A DNA stretch of 64,000 nucleotides from Ginglymostoma cirratum (GCA_024137785.1 JAHRHZ010000144.1:19650317-19714316), one strand, 5' to 3'. Numbered from the stretch's first letter, positions 48,565 to 61,529 are shown. The notes: generated from the sequence alone by a model not told the origin. Numbers and translations: made by a program.

Positions 48565-50305
48565 ATAAACGTGACTACAGAGGAATGAGGGAGGAGCTGG
48601 GCAGAATTGACTGGAAGAGGAGCCTAGCAGGAAAGACAGTGGAACAGCAGTGGCAGGAGTTTCTGGGAGTAATTCAAGAGATGCAGCAAAAATTCATCCC
48701 TAGAAAAAAGAAGCATGGTACAGGGAGGATGAGGCAACCATGGCTGACTAAGGAAGTCAGGGATAGCATAAAAGCAAAAGAGAAAGCATATAATGTGATG
48801 AAGGGCAGTGGGAAACCAGAGGATTGGGAAGCTTACAAAGGCCAACAGAGGGCAACAAAGCAAGAAATAAGGAGGGAGAAGATTAAATATGAGGGTAAGC
48901 TGGCCACTAATATAAATGAAGACTGTAAAAGTTTCTTTAGATATATAAAGGGCAAAAGAGAGGCAAAAATGGACATTGGACCACTGGAAAATGATGGTGG
49001 AGAGATAGTAGTGGGGATCAAGGAAATGGCTGAGGAACTGAATAATTACTTCACATCAGTCTTCACAGTGGAAGACACGAGTAATATACCAAAAATTAAA
49101 GAGAGTCAGGAGGCAGAGCTGAGTATGGTGGCCATCACCAAGGAAAAGGTGCTAGTAAAACTGAATGGCCTGAAGGTGGACAAATCACCTGGACCAGATG
49201 GTCTACACCCCAGAATTCTAAAGGAGATAGCTGAAGAGACAGTGGAAGCGCTAGTGGTGATCTTTCAGGAATCGCTAGAGTCAGGATCTCAGAGGGCTGG
49301 AAAATCACTAACATAACACTCCTGTTTGAAAAGGGAGTAAAGAAAAAGACGGAAAATTACAGTCCAATTAGCCTAACCTCGGTTGTGGGTAAGATTTTGG
49401 AGTCCATTGTAAAGGATGAGATTTCTGAGTTCTTGGAAGTGTATGGTAAAATAGGGCAAAGTCAGCATGCTTTCATCAGGGGAGGTCATGCCTGACAAAT
49501 CTGCTAGAATTCTTTGAGGAAGTAACGAGCAGGTTAGACAAGGAGAGCCAATGGATGTTATCTACCTGAACTTCAAGAAGGCCTTTGACAAGATGCTGCA
49601 CAGGAGGCTGCTGAGTAAGATAAAGGCCCATGGTGTTAGAGGCAAGGTGCTAGCATGGATAGGAGATTGGCTGTCTGGCAGAAAGCAGATAGTGGGGATA
49701 AAAGGGTCTTTCTCAGGATGGCAGCCGGTGACAAGTGGTGTTCCACAAGGGTCAGTGCTGGGACCAAACCTTTTACTTTATACATTAATGATCTCGATGA
49801 TGGAACTGTGGGCATTCTGGCTAACTGTGCAGACGATACAAAGATAGGTAGAGGGACAGGTAGTATTGAGGAGGTGGCGGGGCTGCAGAAGGATTTGGAC
49901 AGGTTAAGAGAATGGGCAAAAAAGTGGCAGATGGAGTAAAACGTGGGAAAGTGTGAGGTCATGCACTTTGGTAAGAAGAATAAAAGCATGGGCTATTTTC
50001 TAAATGGGGAGAAAATTCAGAAGTCTGAAGTGCAAAGAGACTTGGGAGTTCTCGTCCAGGATTCTCTCAAGGTAAACTTGCAGGTTGAGTCAGTAGTCAG
50101 GAAGGCAAATGCAATGTTCGCATTTATTTTGAGACAACTTGAATATAAAAGCAGGGATGTACTACTGAGGCGTTATAAGGCTCTGGTCCGGCCACATTTG
50201 GAGTAGTATGCGCACATTTGGGGCCCATATCTCAGGAAGGATGTATTGGCCCTGGAACAGGCTTGGAGGAGGTTCACGAGAATGGTCCCAAGAATGGAAA
50301 GCTTA
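48565..50305 (+). mobile_element. CR1 ORF2 (RT) fragment, relatively young, truncated at both ends
   Basis: 243-aa open stretch (PWLT, ELNNYFTSVFT, KSPGPDGLHPRILKE), then YLNFKKAFD, SGVPQGSVLGP, YINDL, ADDTK, LVRPHLE. Confidence 0.96.
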
Positions 50306-52174
50306 ATTAAAGCTTAACTATTCAAATGTTCTGTTCTTTACCTTAGTGAAAATATACCTGGAATAAACAACTACTGACTGCCATGATGTGGAAGTGCTGG
50401 TGTTGGACTGGGGTGGACAAGGGCAGAAATCACATGACAGCAGGTTATAGTCCGGCAGGTTTATTTGCAAACACAAGCATTTGGAGGAGCAATCTATCTT
50501 CAGGTGTTGGTCAGAGAGGTAGTATTAGAAACAGAATTTATAAGTAAAAGATCAAATGCTCACACCATTGATGAGGATGTACTAAACAAACCTAAGATGC
50601 TGTTAAATCTTTAATCAGTTAGAAGATTTTAATTGATTAATACGTATATGTAATTCCTCAAATTCCTTTCAAGTCACAGTCCTAGGAGAACTGAAGTTTT
50701 TATCAGTGTAAAGAAGAGCTGATATTTTAGGTCAGGCAACGCATGTTAGGTGTGATACCTTGTTTAGAATCTGTTTGTATTTTAGTTTGGAGTCAGACTG
50801 ATTTTATTTCTGAAGTATTTTTTGAAATTTATAAAATGCCATGTTAACTGACTGTCTATAAATTGTGTGCTTTATGAACAGCCTCGGTGCTCAATACCAC
50901 CAACTGCCAGTTTCCAGGCGCCATCCTACAACTCATCCGTTTCATCCTCGACCACAGCATCTTCATCTTCAACAACCAGCTCTTCATCCTGACACTGAGA
51001 TCAGCCATGGGGACCAAAATTTCTCCCCATATGCCAACATTTTCATATACTGGTTTGAACGAGACTTCTTTGCTGCACGGAGTCTCCATCCAACGCTATA
51101 CACCAGATACATTGAAGACATTTTCTTCCAATGGACTCATGGTGAAGAATCACTGAGACACCGACATAGCAATATCAAAAAGTTTCATCCCACAATCAGA
51201 CTTACTAAGAATCAGTCTCATTCTTGGACACACATATCTCCACCAGGGACAGACACCTCAGTACCTCACTCTACCTACGGATAACTTCATGATGCTGCAC
51301 TTAGGCTTCCACCCTAAATATATTAAAACAGCCATCCCCTACGGACAAGCCCTATGCATACGCAGAATCTGTTTGGATGAGGAGGAATGAGATGGATACC
51401 TGAAGGCATTGAAGGATGCCCTCATAGCAACAGGACACGACACTCAACTCATTGATCGCCAGTTCCAAAGTGCCACAGCGAAAAACCGAAATGACCTCCT
51501 CAGAAGACAAACACGGGATACATCCGATAGGGTACCCTTCATCATCCAGTATTTCACAGGAGCAGAGAAACTACTCCATGTTCTTCACAGCCATCAACGC
51601 ATTGTCGATAATGATGAGCACCTCGCCAAAATCTTTCCCACGCCTCCACTTGTCACTTTCAAATAACCGTCAAACCTTAAACAGACCATTGTTCACAGCA
51701 AACTACCCAGCCATCAGGACAACATCGATCCCAACACTATACAACCCTGTCATGGTAACCTCTACAAGAAACGTTTGATCTTCAACACAGATGCTACCAT
51801 CACACGTGGGAACACCACCCATCACGTACACAGCAGATACTTGGCCAACGTTGTCCATCTCATACGCTGCAGGCAAGGATGTCCCGAGGCATGATATATT
51901 GGCAAAACTTGCAGACGCTACAACAATGGATGAATGGACACCATGCAACAATCACCAGACAGCAATGTTCCCTCCCAGTGGGGGAGCACCTCAACGGTCA
52001 AAGATATTCAGCCTTGGATCTTCAAGTAAACGTTCTCCAAGGCATACTTTGGGATACACTACAACGCAGAGTCGCTGAACAGAAGCTGATAGCCAAGTTC
52101 TGTACCTGTGAGGACGGTCTCAACTGGGATCTTGGATTCATGTCGCACTACAGTGACCCCACCACACTATACAT

Positions 52175-52381
52175 TCTCACACTCACACACACTCACACAC
52201 ACATGTGCATTCTCTCTTTCCCCCCTTCCACTCACACACACACGCGCTCTCTCTCTCTCCCGTTCCACTCANNNNNNNNNNCTCTCTCTCTCCCGTTCCA
52301 CTCAGACACACACGCGCTCTCTCTCTCCCCCCTTGCACTCTCACACATTCTCTCTCCTGCGCCCCCTTAATCGCTCTCTCT

Positions 52382-52427
<46 letters not shown>

Positions 52428-52428
52428 A
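52175..52428. repeat. (CA)n/(CT)n microsatellite complex in the Penelope 3' UTR, includes a 10-N gap
   Basis: Seen directly. Confidence 0.9.
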
Positions 52429-52835
52429 ATCCATGGGGTGAATTTGTATTAACAGACACATTTTATGTTGTTCAAAAAGCACACAATTTATAGTCAGTCA
52501 GTCAATATGGCATTTAATAAAATTCCTACTGTACAAATACAACCAGTCTGACTCCAAACTAAAATACAAACAGATTTTAAACAAGGTCTCACGCCTAACA
52601 TGCATTGTCTGACCTATAATGTCACCTCTTCTTTACACTGATAAAACCTTTCGTTCCCTCATGACCATGACTTGAAAGGAATTCGGGGATTTACATGTAC
52701 ATAGTAATCAACTAAAATCTTCTAACTGATTAAAGATTTAACAGCATCTTAGGTTTGTTTGGTACATCCTCATCAACGGTGTGAACCTTTGATCTTTTAC
52801 TTATAAATTCTGTGTCTGATGCCATCTCTCTCACT

Positions 52836-52874
52836 AACACCTGAAGAAGGACTGAGGCTCCGAAAGTTTGTGTT
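52836..52874 (+). ncRNA. Minimal hammerhead ribozyme motif in Penelope terminal repeat
   Basis: AACAC-CUGAAGA-A-GGAC-UGAG-GCUCC-GAAAGUUU-GUGUU; 5-bp stem I, slightly damaged stems II and III. Confidence 0.68.
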
Positions 52875-54536
52875 TTCAAATAAACCCGTTGGACTGTAAC
52901 CTGGTGTCGTGCATGTACTGACTGAATTGAGCTGTGTGGTGGGGAAGGCGGTCTCAAGATGTCCTTTCTGCAGGACATGATTGAACAGGACATTCCCTGA
53001 TGAACATTAGAACATGTTCAACAGAATCTGTTGCTATTGTCTGTGAATATCTCTTTTTAATAGAATGGTTGCGACAGTCTTTATATGTTAAGGTTGCTAT
53101 CTAATTTATATTTTAATAATTACACAAGGCTTTTCTAAAATGCTGACATGGGATGAAATGTAGACTGACACCATTTAACATCCTTATGCAGCAGTAATTT
53201 AATATGATGTGACACATGGCTGTTTAGTACTGCAGAGGTGTGGAATCTCATTTGTGGAATAGAAATTAAGCAATTCACAGCAGTACACCATTACAATTTA
53301 GAATAGACTTAGTTCACCTCGTCTGAAAACATTTATGTAAAACTTGAGATTGGAAGGTTTTATTTTGAGGTTATTCTCCTCTTCCTTGTGATTTAATTTT
53401 CAGAAAAAAATTGACAAATAAAATACTGCAGATGCTGTAAATCTGAAACAGAAGCAGAAAGCTTAGGAAATAGTCAGTAGTTCTGGCAGCATCCATGTAG
53501 AGAATAACAAAATTGAAGGAAACTGGAGAAATAAAGACTGTCATCTGACCAGTTCTGAAATCGGTCCTTTAGTTAATAAAGTTCAACAGTGGAAGAGAGA
53601 GAGAGTAAGACTGGGCATGAGAGTGAGTGAGTATGTGTGAGTGAGCAAGTGTGTGCATGCATGTGAGAGTTTGTGAATGTGTGTGTGGAGGGGCGGCAGG
53701 GTAGGGGACACAGTAGTCAGTAGAGGGAAGGTTGTTTTATGAGGAAGAAGGTGCAAGATACATCTGTGAGAATACAGATGAGAGATACAATGAGAACAGA
53801 ATCTGTGATGACTGTAGGCAAATAGTCCAAGAGAAATGTCAGGAAGCTGAAGTTTTATAAACAGTTAGCATTGGTCTCTTTCATTTAAAGTAGACAGCGT
53901 TGGAGTGGGTTTGGGGGAGGTAAGATGATAGCTAATTAATATTTTTACAAGGATACAATGTCCATGGATTCATGTTGCCACTGGGGGAAGTAGTCCATTG
54001 GACTCCACTGTAGACACAGAGTGCAGAATTTCCTGCAACATCCCTGAATCTCATAGACAAGTTATTGTGCAAGGATCTTTGTATGTGAGAGAGAAAGCCG
54101 CGAGAGAGAGACAGTGTCTATTATTCTTCACACAGAATACGAATGGCAACTCGTGCTCAGATTGAAGAGGCCAGGTTTATGAAGGTTTAATTGAGGTTGG
54201 AAGATTTACCTAGCTCTGGCTAGAGGGAGTGATCTCTAGGATAAACCTTGCAATGAAAATTAACTCTCAGCTTAGAAATTATCTGCCATGACAAAGAAGG
54301 AAAGAAAGCCAGTGGAAGATGAGAATAACTTTGGATTAATTCCTGGAGAGTGAAGTGTCCAGTTGAGAGACAGTGAAAAGTATAACTACTGAGCGAGATT
54401 GTTGGTTGTTTTCTAAATTTAATGATGTCTTTGTCTGTCGTTTAAGTATATAGGTTGCCTACTAAATAATGCTTAGACAATGTTGATTTCAATTTGTTTA
54501 TTACAGTAAATGTACTAAAACTTTAAATCTTGTCAA

Positions 54537-55465
54537 GTCATAGAGTTAGAGAGCTTGGAAACAGACCTTTCGATCCAACTAGTCTACGCTGACCATGTTC
54601 TCAAACTAAACTAGTCCCACTTGCCCGTGTTTGGCACATATCGCTCAAATCCTTTGCTATTCATGTACTTATCCAATTGTCTTTTAAATGGTGTAACTGT
54701 ATTTGTATCCATCACCTCCTTTGGCAGTTCATTCCATACATAAACCACTCTCTGTATGAAAACGCTGCCCCCTCATGTTCTTTTTAAACCTTTCCCCTCT
54801 CACCTTAAAAATATGCCCCTGAGTTTTGAACTCCCACGTTCTAGGGAAAAGACCTTTGCTATTCACCTTATCTAAGCACCCATGATTTTATGAACTTCTT
54901 TAAGGTCAGCCATATAGAAGGGTGGCATCGTGGTCAGCACCGCTGCCTCACATTGCCAGGGACCCAGGTTCAAAAGCAACCTCAGGTCACTGTTTGTGTG
55001 GAGTTTGCACATTCTTCCCTGGGTCCACATGGGTTTCCTCCCACAGATGTGCAGTTAAGGTGGAGTGGCCTTGGTAAATTGTACAGGCTAGGTGGACTAG
55101 CTATGGGAAATGCAGGGTTACAGGGATTGATTGGAGGTCAAATGCTGTTCAGAGAGGTAGTGTGAACTGAATGGCCTGCTCCCACACCGTTGGGATTCTA
55201 TGATCCACCCCTCAAACTCCAATGAAAAAGTCACAGCCCAGCAAGCTTATTCTTTTTATTATATAACTCAAATCCTCCATTCCCAGCAACATCCCGGTAA
55301 ATCTTTTCCGAACACTCTCTAATTGAATAATAACCTTCCTATAGCAGGGCTACTGCACACAGTACTCCAGAAAAGGTCTCACCAACGCCTTCGGCCAGCT
55401 CAACATGATGTCTCAACTCCCTACTCAAAGATCTAAGCAATGAAAGCGTGCTAAACGCCTTCTTA
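54537..55465 (-). mobile_element. CR1 3' fragment interrupted by an HE1 SINE (54918-55204, plus)
   Basis: gtcatagagttagag tail; CR1 resumes at ccacccctcaaactcc after the SINE. Confidence 0.85.
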
Positions 55466-55755
55466 AGTAATCCTTTACTGGAAATTAAAATGTTGTTTAA
55501 AAGCTTATGATCTCAATTGGATTGTGATATATGATTGTTTTTTTAATAAGGCAACAGGATGGGTGATTAGCTGTATAATTAATTTCAAAAGGCAGTTGAT
55601 AAAAATCTCGTCGGCGATGTAAATGGATTAAAAGTAGCATCAAGTTTACTGAATGGTAGGATACAGAGCCTAGTGGTAAGTAGTTGCTTTTCAGAATTGA
55701 AGATTATATCGCTTGCTATGGAACGCTATTTGATCCCCTGCTTTTCTTGATCTAT

Positions 55756-56448
55756 GGCCAGAGTATCGTGCCCTATTTAGTGGCATGCTGGGAGGCAGCA
55801 AATGCATTTAATAGTGTGGAGGGTGAGCATCCAGCTGCCTTCCTATTTCCATGCCGATTATTTCCAGAGTAGGAAAGCCTGGGGACAACCTTCGCACCCT
55901 GTCACCAATGGGGCAGACAATTACTGATTACTTTACTGAGCTGAAGGTGGCACTACCATCCTGAACAAAGGACAACTGTGCAGCATGATTGTCGTTTCCA
56001 AATGGGGTTAGGTGAGATCCCACCTCCAAATGTCACTTAGTGCCTGATCAAGGGATCCAGCTTTGGGAAAGGAATTGGGAGCCACATCCTGTTCTTTCTT
56101 CTGGCCCTCTAAAACCCCCCCATGTCCCTTTAATGCACAACTGCCATCCTGTGAAAACACTGCTGACATTATTCACCAGTGGCCTGGCACTCTCTGAGAT
56201 CCTGCGTTTCTGATTGGTATCACTCCTCTAAAAGCCACTGCCATCCTGTGGCAATGTTGATTGACAAGTAACTCTTGGTAGGTGGCACTGCCATACATGA
56301 GATCCTGATGTTGGGGACTGGTCCACTGCTGAACTCTCCACTGACCAGCTCACAGTTTAGTGGGTCTCACAGAAAGAGGTAACACAGGTCTCTTGCTAGT
56401 GCGCCAGACTGCAAGTGAGTCCCTCATCACCTCTACCGAGACTCTGCC
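55756..56448. mobile_element. MITE-like DNA element inserted in an old CR1 RT fragment
   Basis: Imperfect TIRs ggccagagtatc / gagactctgcc; CR1 frame DPLLFLIY before it and ITKFVDGPKL...LQEDIDKL after it. Confidence 0.5.
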
Positions 56449-56584
56449 ATTTATCACCTAAATTTGAATGCGCAAAGCACAATTACAAAATTCGTAGATG
56501 GCCCAAAACTTGAAAGTATTGTGTACAGGGGTAGACCTCAAGAGGATATAGACAAGCTCCTCAAATGGAAAGGAATTTGGCAGC

Positions 56585-56977
56585 TGTTAGGTTCCTAAGA
56601 GATAAGGAACAAGCCCGCGATCTTTTCAAGTATCCGGCTTTATTTTTTCTCATATGTCGATTACATGATTGCCACTTGAGAACTCTGAAGTAACAGCTTT
56701 CTTCATGCCTCGTATATGTCTTTTCTATCTTCCCCCAAAACTGTACCTTCTGTTAATCTATTCCGCTATACCTTCCCAATACATACTCCAATAAGTTCAT
56801 GCAAGCTACTAACCACAAGAGCTAGGCAACAGTTTATTCGTCACTACTCTCACATCTGCTTCGAACCGATCTCCTTAGTCTCGACTGTACCCGCAAGTCA
56901 GATCTTTGCTATAGCGTTTGTAAATCTAACCCTTGTCATGCTGTAGCTTAATCACACAATTTTCAACATACTCTGCA
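56585..56977 (-). mobile_element. 3' LTR of an endogenous retrovirus
   Basis: TG...CA on minus, preceded by PPT aaaggggggaaa (56978-56989); AATAAA on minus at ~56639-56644. Confidence 0.85.
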
Positions 56978-57130
56978 TTTCCCCCCTTTGATTCTTCCCA
57001 AACAGAATCACACAGAGCAAGCAAGCTAACAATAATATGTAGGTCACCTAGAGTGTTGAAGAGCAGTAAAATACTGAACTTTAGACTTCAGCACTTGCTG
57101 AATACAACATTCAAGCAACAAAAACAAGGA

Positions 57131-57192
57131 ATGCAGAATAATACAGACATATGCAGAATAATACAAACATATGCAGAATAATACAGACATAT
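57131..57192. repeat. 20-bp tandem repeat x3
   Basis: atgcagaataatacagacat x3 (one mismatch). Confidence 0.92.
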
Positions 57193-59210
57193 AGAAAAAG
57201 GTATTTACATTGAGTTCACATTTTATGATAAGTCCTTCCCTTTTGGTGCAGGGGATTAACAAGTCACTAGTAATAAACACTCAAAATACAGTTAGTAACA
57301 CAGTCAACGTTCCCATCTGGGGCTATTGTAACAATGCTAGTCAAGCTTCAAGCTCAGTCACCGGTTGCTTCATACATGGACTCAAAATTCCCCAATTCTC
57401 TTCATCTGTATCCATCTTGAGGATTCTTCTTCAATATTTTTCCTTCTTTGCCAATTTGTCATTGAGTGGTAACTACCTCCACATGGAAGATCCCCCCCAG
57501 GGTTGCAATGTACTTGGTATCAAACAATACAGTTCAAACAAATCATAGTGCGTTCATCAGGCTTTACCTTCAGCTTGTGCTTCCCCGTTTTTTTTCAAGC
57601 TATCATTTTTAGGCCCTTTCACTTCAGCTCGCTATCACTGTTTTAAAATCAGTCTCTCTATGGATTGTGTGTCAGCATTTTATAGTTTGATCTATACTTT
57701 TGTGCACTTCCAAGCTACACTAATCTATTCGTCTGAGGCCCATTCTTCAGTGCAACTTTTTAACCAAACATTCCCTCATGTTTGTTACTTCCGAAGTAAC
57801 AATCTCTTTTGCACACTTACATCGGTATCCCAAGATCACTTCACACATTCATGACTCTCGTATGATCTTATCAAAAGATCTATGAGATTTTACTTATCTC
57901 TCCACTTATAGTCCCAATGCCTCAGGCAGTGGCTCAAAGATGAAATTCAATTCTCTTGAAAGGAAAGACAAGGATACAAACATCACCAAGAGAAAGCTAT
58001 CAGTATAGTGCTCGCACTTACTTCCTTTGCACTGAAACGCATGTTAACTTCAAGTGCTGATTCAACACATTAGTCTAAATGGTTTTTCTTCTGCCAATAC
58101 TCTTCATCCCTAATTACTTCACCTCATCTATTTTGCAATTTAACTATTACCACCTATCAAATTCCAGAGATCTGGGGAGATTTGTAGTCCATGGCAAAAC
58201 ATCTTACAATATTTTATAATACGAGACAAACATTTTTGTTTGATTCGGGCAAAACACACTTTGTTCATTCTTTCTCTAAGATGACGCACATTTTTTAAAG
58301 TTACTTCATAACTCATTCTAGATATTTGATATATCTCAATGCAAATTTGTCCAAATTCACAATTCTGTTTACTCCCACAAAGGGAGTAAATTCCTAATAC
58401 CCAATAGCTTTCATGTCTTTCACAATAGTTCTCCAATGCTGAGATGTGTTGTTAATGATTGGCTTGATGGGTTGAGGAAGCCTCATCCATCACTGAGTTT
58501 CAACACTGAAAGTCTGTAGACAGGTTCAGAAGTAAAACCTTCAACATCTTTCAATCACCGAAAAACAAGAAAAAGACATCCATTCTACTTCAAGCAGAAT
58601 GAGTTGATTAGTAGTGGCTTGAGGGGGGGTGCTGACAACGTTTCAACATAATTACATCAATCATTTGTCTTCCTCCTGTACAGAAATAAGTGTGTTATAA
58701 TCGACCAAGGAAAACCCCACCTCCTTTGTTAGATTTTACTTTTTTTAAAAAAGCTCCTTGATATCAGTTTCATCAGAATTTTGTTCAAAGATTCCAATTT
58801 CCAAAATTCCAATTTTCCTTGTACTTGGACATTTTCACACCAAAATACAGTTACAATGAGCAAATCTTCTCATCCAGAATTAAAGAGTCACTCATGCATT
58901 AAAACAGTATTTGGAAGTTCACTCTGGCCAGAAAATGAAATTCCAAACATGACAGTTTCCCATTCCAAGGAGTAAACTTTTAACAAACTTCATGACCTAA
59001 TTTTTAAATCAACATTTCTTCACAGATTTTTGCTTTACACAATCACTTATAGTTCCTTGGAAGGACATTACATTAACCAAACGTGTTCCATACTGATTTA
59101 GGCACACATCACACTTTCAAACCACCATAAATTCCCAAAATTCAAACTAAATTCAAAGCATTCCCAGATCTCGAGCTCCAGGAAATGAAAACACAAGCGT
59201 TACACAATAT

Positions 59211-59819
59211 TTAACAACCAACAAACAAAGCTGCATTCAAACCATACCACAAAGAGTTAACACTTAGTTCAGGAACGCAGCACCGAAAGCTCGTGTCTCT
59301 CTCTCTCTCTCTCTCTCTGTTTCTTTTTCCTTCGCAGCATTCCATTTGACCCCAGGTCTTTCTAAGTCTCTTGGACCATGTGTCTATCATCTTTGGCAGC
59401 ACAGGATCCTGTCTGTACCAGTTGGCCCATTCATATTTATAGTCAATCTTCCCCCCTTTTTCAGTTTTTTGCTGGGACCAGATTTTGCATTGCTTGGTCC
59501 ATAAAGGGGCTAAAATGGGCTCTTCATTGTCAATGGAGTCAGGGGAGGGTTCAGCTCTCTTTCTCTTCCATATTTTACTTTCCGATTGGCTTAGTGAGGG
59601 GTAGAGTGGTAGTCTACCGGTCCCCAGCACAGTAAGGTTAGGAGGGGTTGGTTGGGGGTTTGGGTTCTTATGTTGAGAGGTTTCCTCCCATTCTTCCTTG
59701 CTCTTTTTGGTGCATTTGAAATTCTCACAGACAGCTTTTAATTGGCTTTTCAGCTCTGTTTTTCTTGTGTCATGACTTGATTTCTGTATTATCTCATTCC
59801 ATTGTTGGATCTGTCCCAT
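59211..59819 (-). CDS. Open 202-aa frame; first ~150 aa are a diverged paralog of the upstream retroviral Gag N-terminal region
   Basis: EIIQK...QLKAVCENFKCTK and KYEWANW...P..P.MIDTWSKRL match upstream EIIER...QLKAVCEELKSTK and KYECTQW...P..P.LMKRWSKEL; LYPSL late-domain-like motif; expression unknown. Confidence 0.6.
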   Translation of the reverse strand: MGQIQQWNEIIQKSSHDTRKTELKSQLKAVCENFKCTKKSKEEWEETSQHKNPNPQPTPPNLTVLGTGRLPLYPSLSQSESKIWKRKRAEPSPDSIDNEEPILAPLWTKQCKIWSQQKTEKGGKIDYKYEWANWYRQDPVLPKMIDTWSKRLRKTWGQMECCEGKRNRERERERDTSFRCCVPELSVNSLWYGLNAALFVGC

Positions 59820-59834
59820 TAGTATGAGGGAGTA

Positions 59835-60283
59835 CCTTGCTCACTTTAGTCGCTTAATAAAAAGCAAAATGCCAGCAACAGAGGCTGGAGTATTGGGGTA
59901 TTGTTTAATGCGCAGCAGGGCAACTCCAGTAAAAGCAACTGGTATCATCTGCAACAGGCCACAATAGTTCTTGTCCTTTGCCCAAATTGGATGATCTTGC
60001 CATTCCTCCTTTTTCAGATATCATATTGACCACGTTACATGACTATTCTCAGAATGCAATGACGAGTTTATCTGGGTTAAAACATCCATGCCCAATAAAG
60101 GCTGTTGCACAGGTCCAAATCATACAGATGCCATAATTTCATGTGGTCCTAATCATACTGGCAATGGTTTTGTTTTCTTAAGAGTTAATCCCTTTCGATC
60201 TACCCAGACTACAATCCTCCGCTCACCAAAGGACAGATTATGTCCGTCAATCAAAGGTAAACATGTCAATTCAGCACCAATTT
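59835..60283 (-). pseudogene. pol: Retroviral protease and RT N-terminus remnant
   Basis: IGAELTCLP (DTGA region, Asp lost), PLLGMDVL, then HPIWAKDKNYCGLLQMIPVAFTG...IKQYP...AGI. Confidence 0.8.
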
Positions 60284-61484
60284 CCGAGGGACAATATATC
60301 CAGGAGTCCCTTCTAATGTTCAGGGGACATGCCCTTGATGCGTTCAAATAATGCCAGTTGAGTTGCCGAGTCCGAGACGGGTAAGATTCGTGTCTCGGAC
60401 CAGACTTAGGACCACCTGCAGCCTTCTTCTTCGCCCTACAGGTCTTTGCCCCCAGTGTCATTCTTGCCAACAGTTGTGACATTTACCCAGGCATCTATCT
60501 GCCGAGAGTCCCTGCGTTGTCATTATGGTCTGCATGGTTCTAAGTTTACATTCCATATTCCGTTCCAAGCAGTTAGCCTCTTCGAAGATTTCACCATATA
60601 ATTTGCAACTGGTCTCCCAATTGAGGACCGTAACCTTTAACATTTTTGCTAGTTCTGGTTTTAATCCTGTGTCAAGGGCAGATTTCAGGAGTGTTAGATT
60701 ACTACTGTCAATTTCGTCTGTGTTTGTGCCCACTGCCAGGCCAGAATGTTCCATTCAGATCACCACAAGCCTTTCTGCACAGACCCGTAATTCCTCGTTG
60801 CCTTTTTTTGGCGTCCCGAAATCTTAATCCAGTCTGTTTTAGTGGGGCCATAATTCGTCAGCCAATTTCTGACAGCAGCCCCACCTTCATCAATAGGCTG
60901 GCTGTCATCGTCTAATTCTTCTTTAGCCTTCCTAGTCAGTTTCCTTAACGCATTACTTCCTACCATGACAGACAACACCTACACTCCATCCATAGAGCGG
61001 AGACTGTATATATTTTTAAGCATTTCTAATTCAGCCCACATTCTCATGCCCCCCTTTTTCAGGTGAGACAGTTCTTTGGACCATCTTTTCATCAGTGTGG
61101 GATTGGCAGGTGTGTGGGCTGCCCATTGTGTGCATTCATATTTTTCTACACCCTTCTCGTCCTTTGTTTTTTCCTCCTTATGGCTCCTGATCTGTACTGG
61201 CCGTAAATTAAATGGCTGATCCTCTCCTTCAGACTCATTTGAGCTGAAACCATACTGTTTGTCTCCCTTTCACACTTTACTCAGGTCTTGTGATATCCCA
61301 CAGGCAATAAATAGAGGAGTGCCCGGATATGGCAGGGGTGGAAAGTTTTTCATTACAGGAACTTTCTCCTTCTCAGTCAATTCTTGTTTTGTCGATTTAA
61401 GTTCTTCGCAAACAGCTTTCAGTTGTTCCTACAAATTATTAACTTCCTGGTTACGGTTAGTTCTTTCTATGATCTCTTGTCGCT
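60284..61484 (-). pseudogene. gag: Retroviral gag pseudogene
   Basis: PPLPY late-domain-like motif; MHR-like TDWIKISGRQKK.NE...ERL; GLKPEL; single zinc knuckle CHNCWQE*HW(fs)AKTC; several stops and frameshifts. Confidence 0.85.
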
Positions 61485-61529
61485 AGCTAATTTGTTGCAT
61501 TACACATACAGACCAGTGAAAGCATTCTT

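Larger units (their letters stand above)
50381..52915 (+). mobile_element. 5'-truncated Penelope-like element with inverted terminal repeats
   Basis: RT motifs AMGTKISP.YANIF and RYIEDIFF; GIY-YIG NVVHLIRCRQGCPEA*YIGKT; ~440-bp inverted arms 50430-50880 vs 52469-52910; TSD tactgactg (50372-50380, 52916-52924). Confidence 0.92.
56585..61484 (-). mobile_element. Endogenous retrovirus, 5'-truncated and chimeric (gag-pro-partial RT, second gag fragment, spacer, decayed env-position region, LTR)
   Basis: See component features; inserted in a CR1 RT fragment; 5' LTR and PBS absent. Confidence 0.85.

Noticed and set aside
48585-49316. 243-aa ORF as a host gene
   Set aside because: It is part of CR1 ORF2, followed by frameshifts and stops
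57131-57192. Short direct repeats as a CRISPR-like array
   Set aside because: Head-to-tail with no spacers; eukaryotic ERV context
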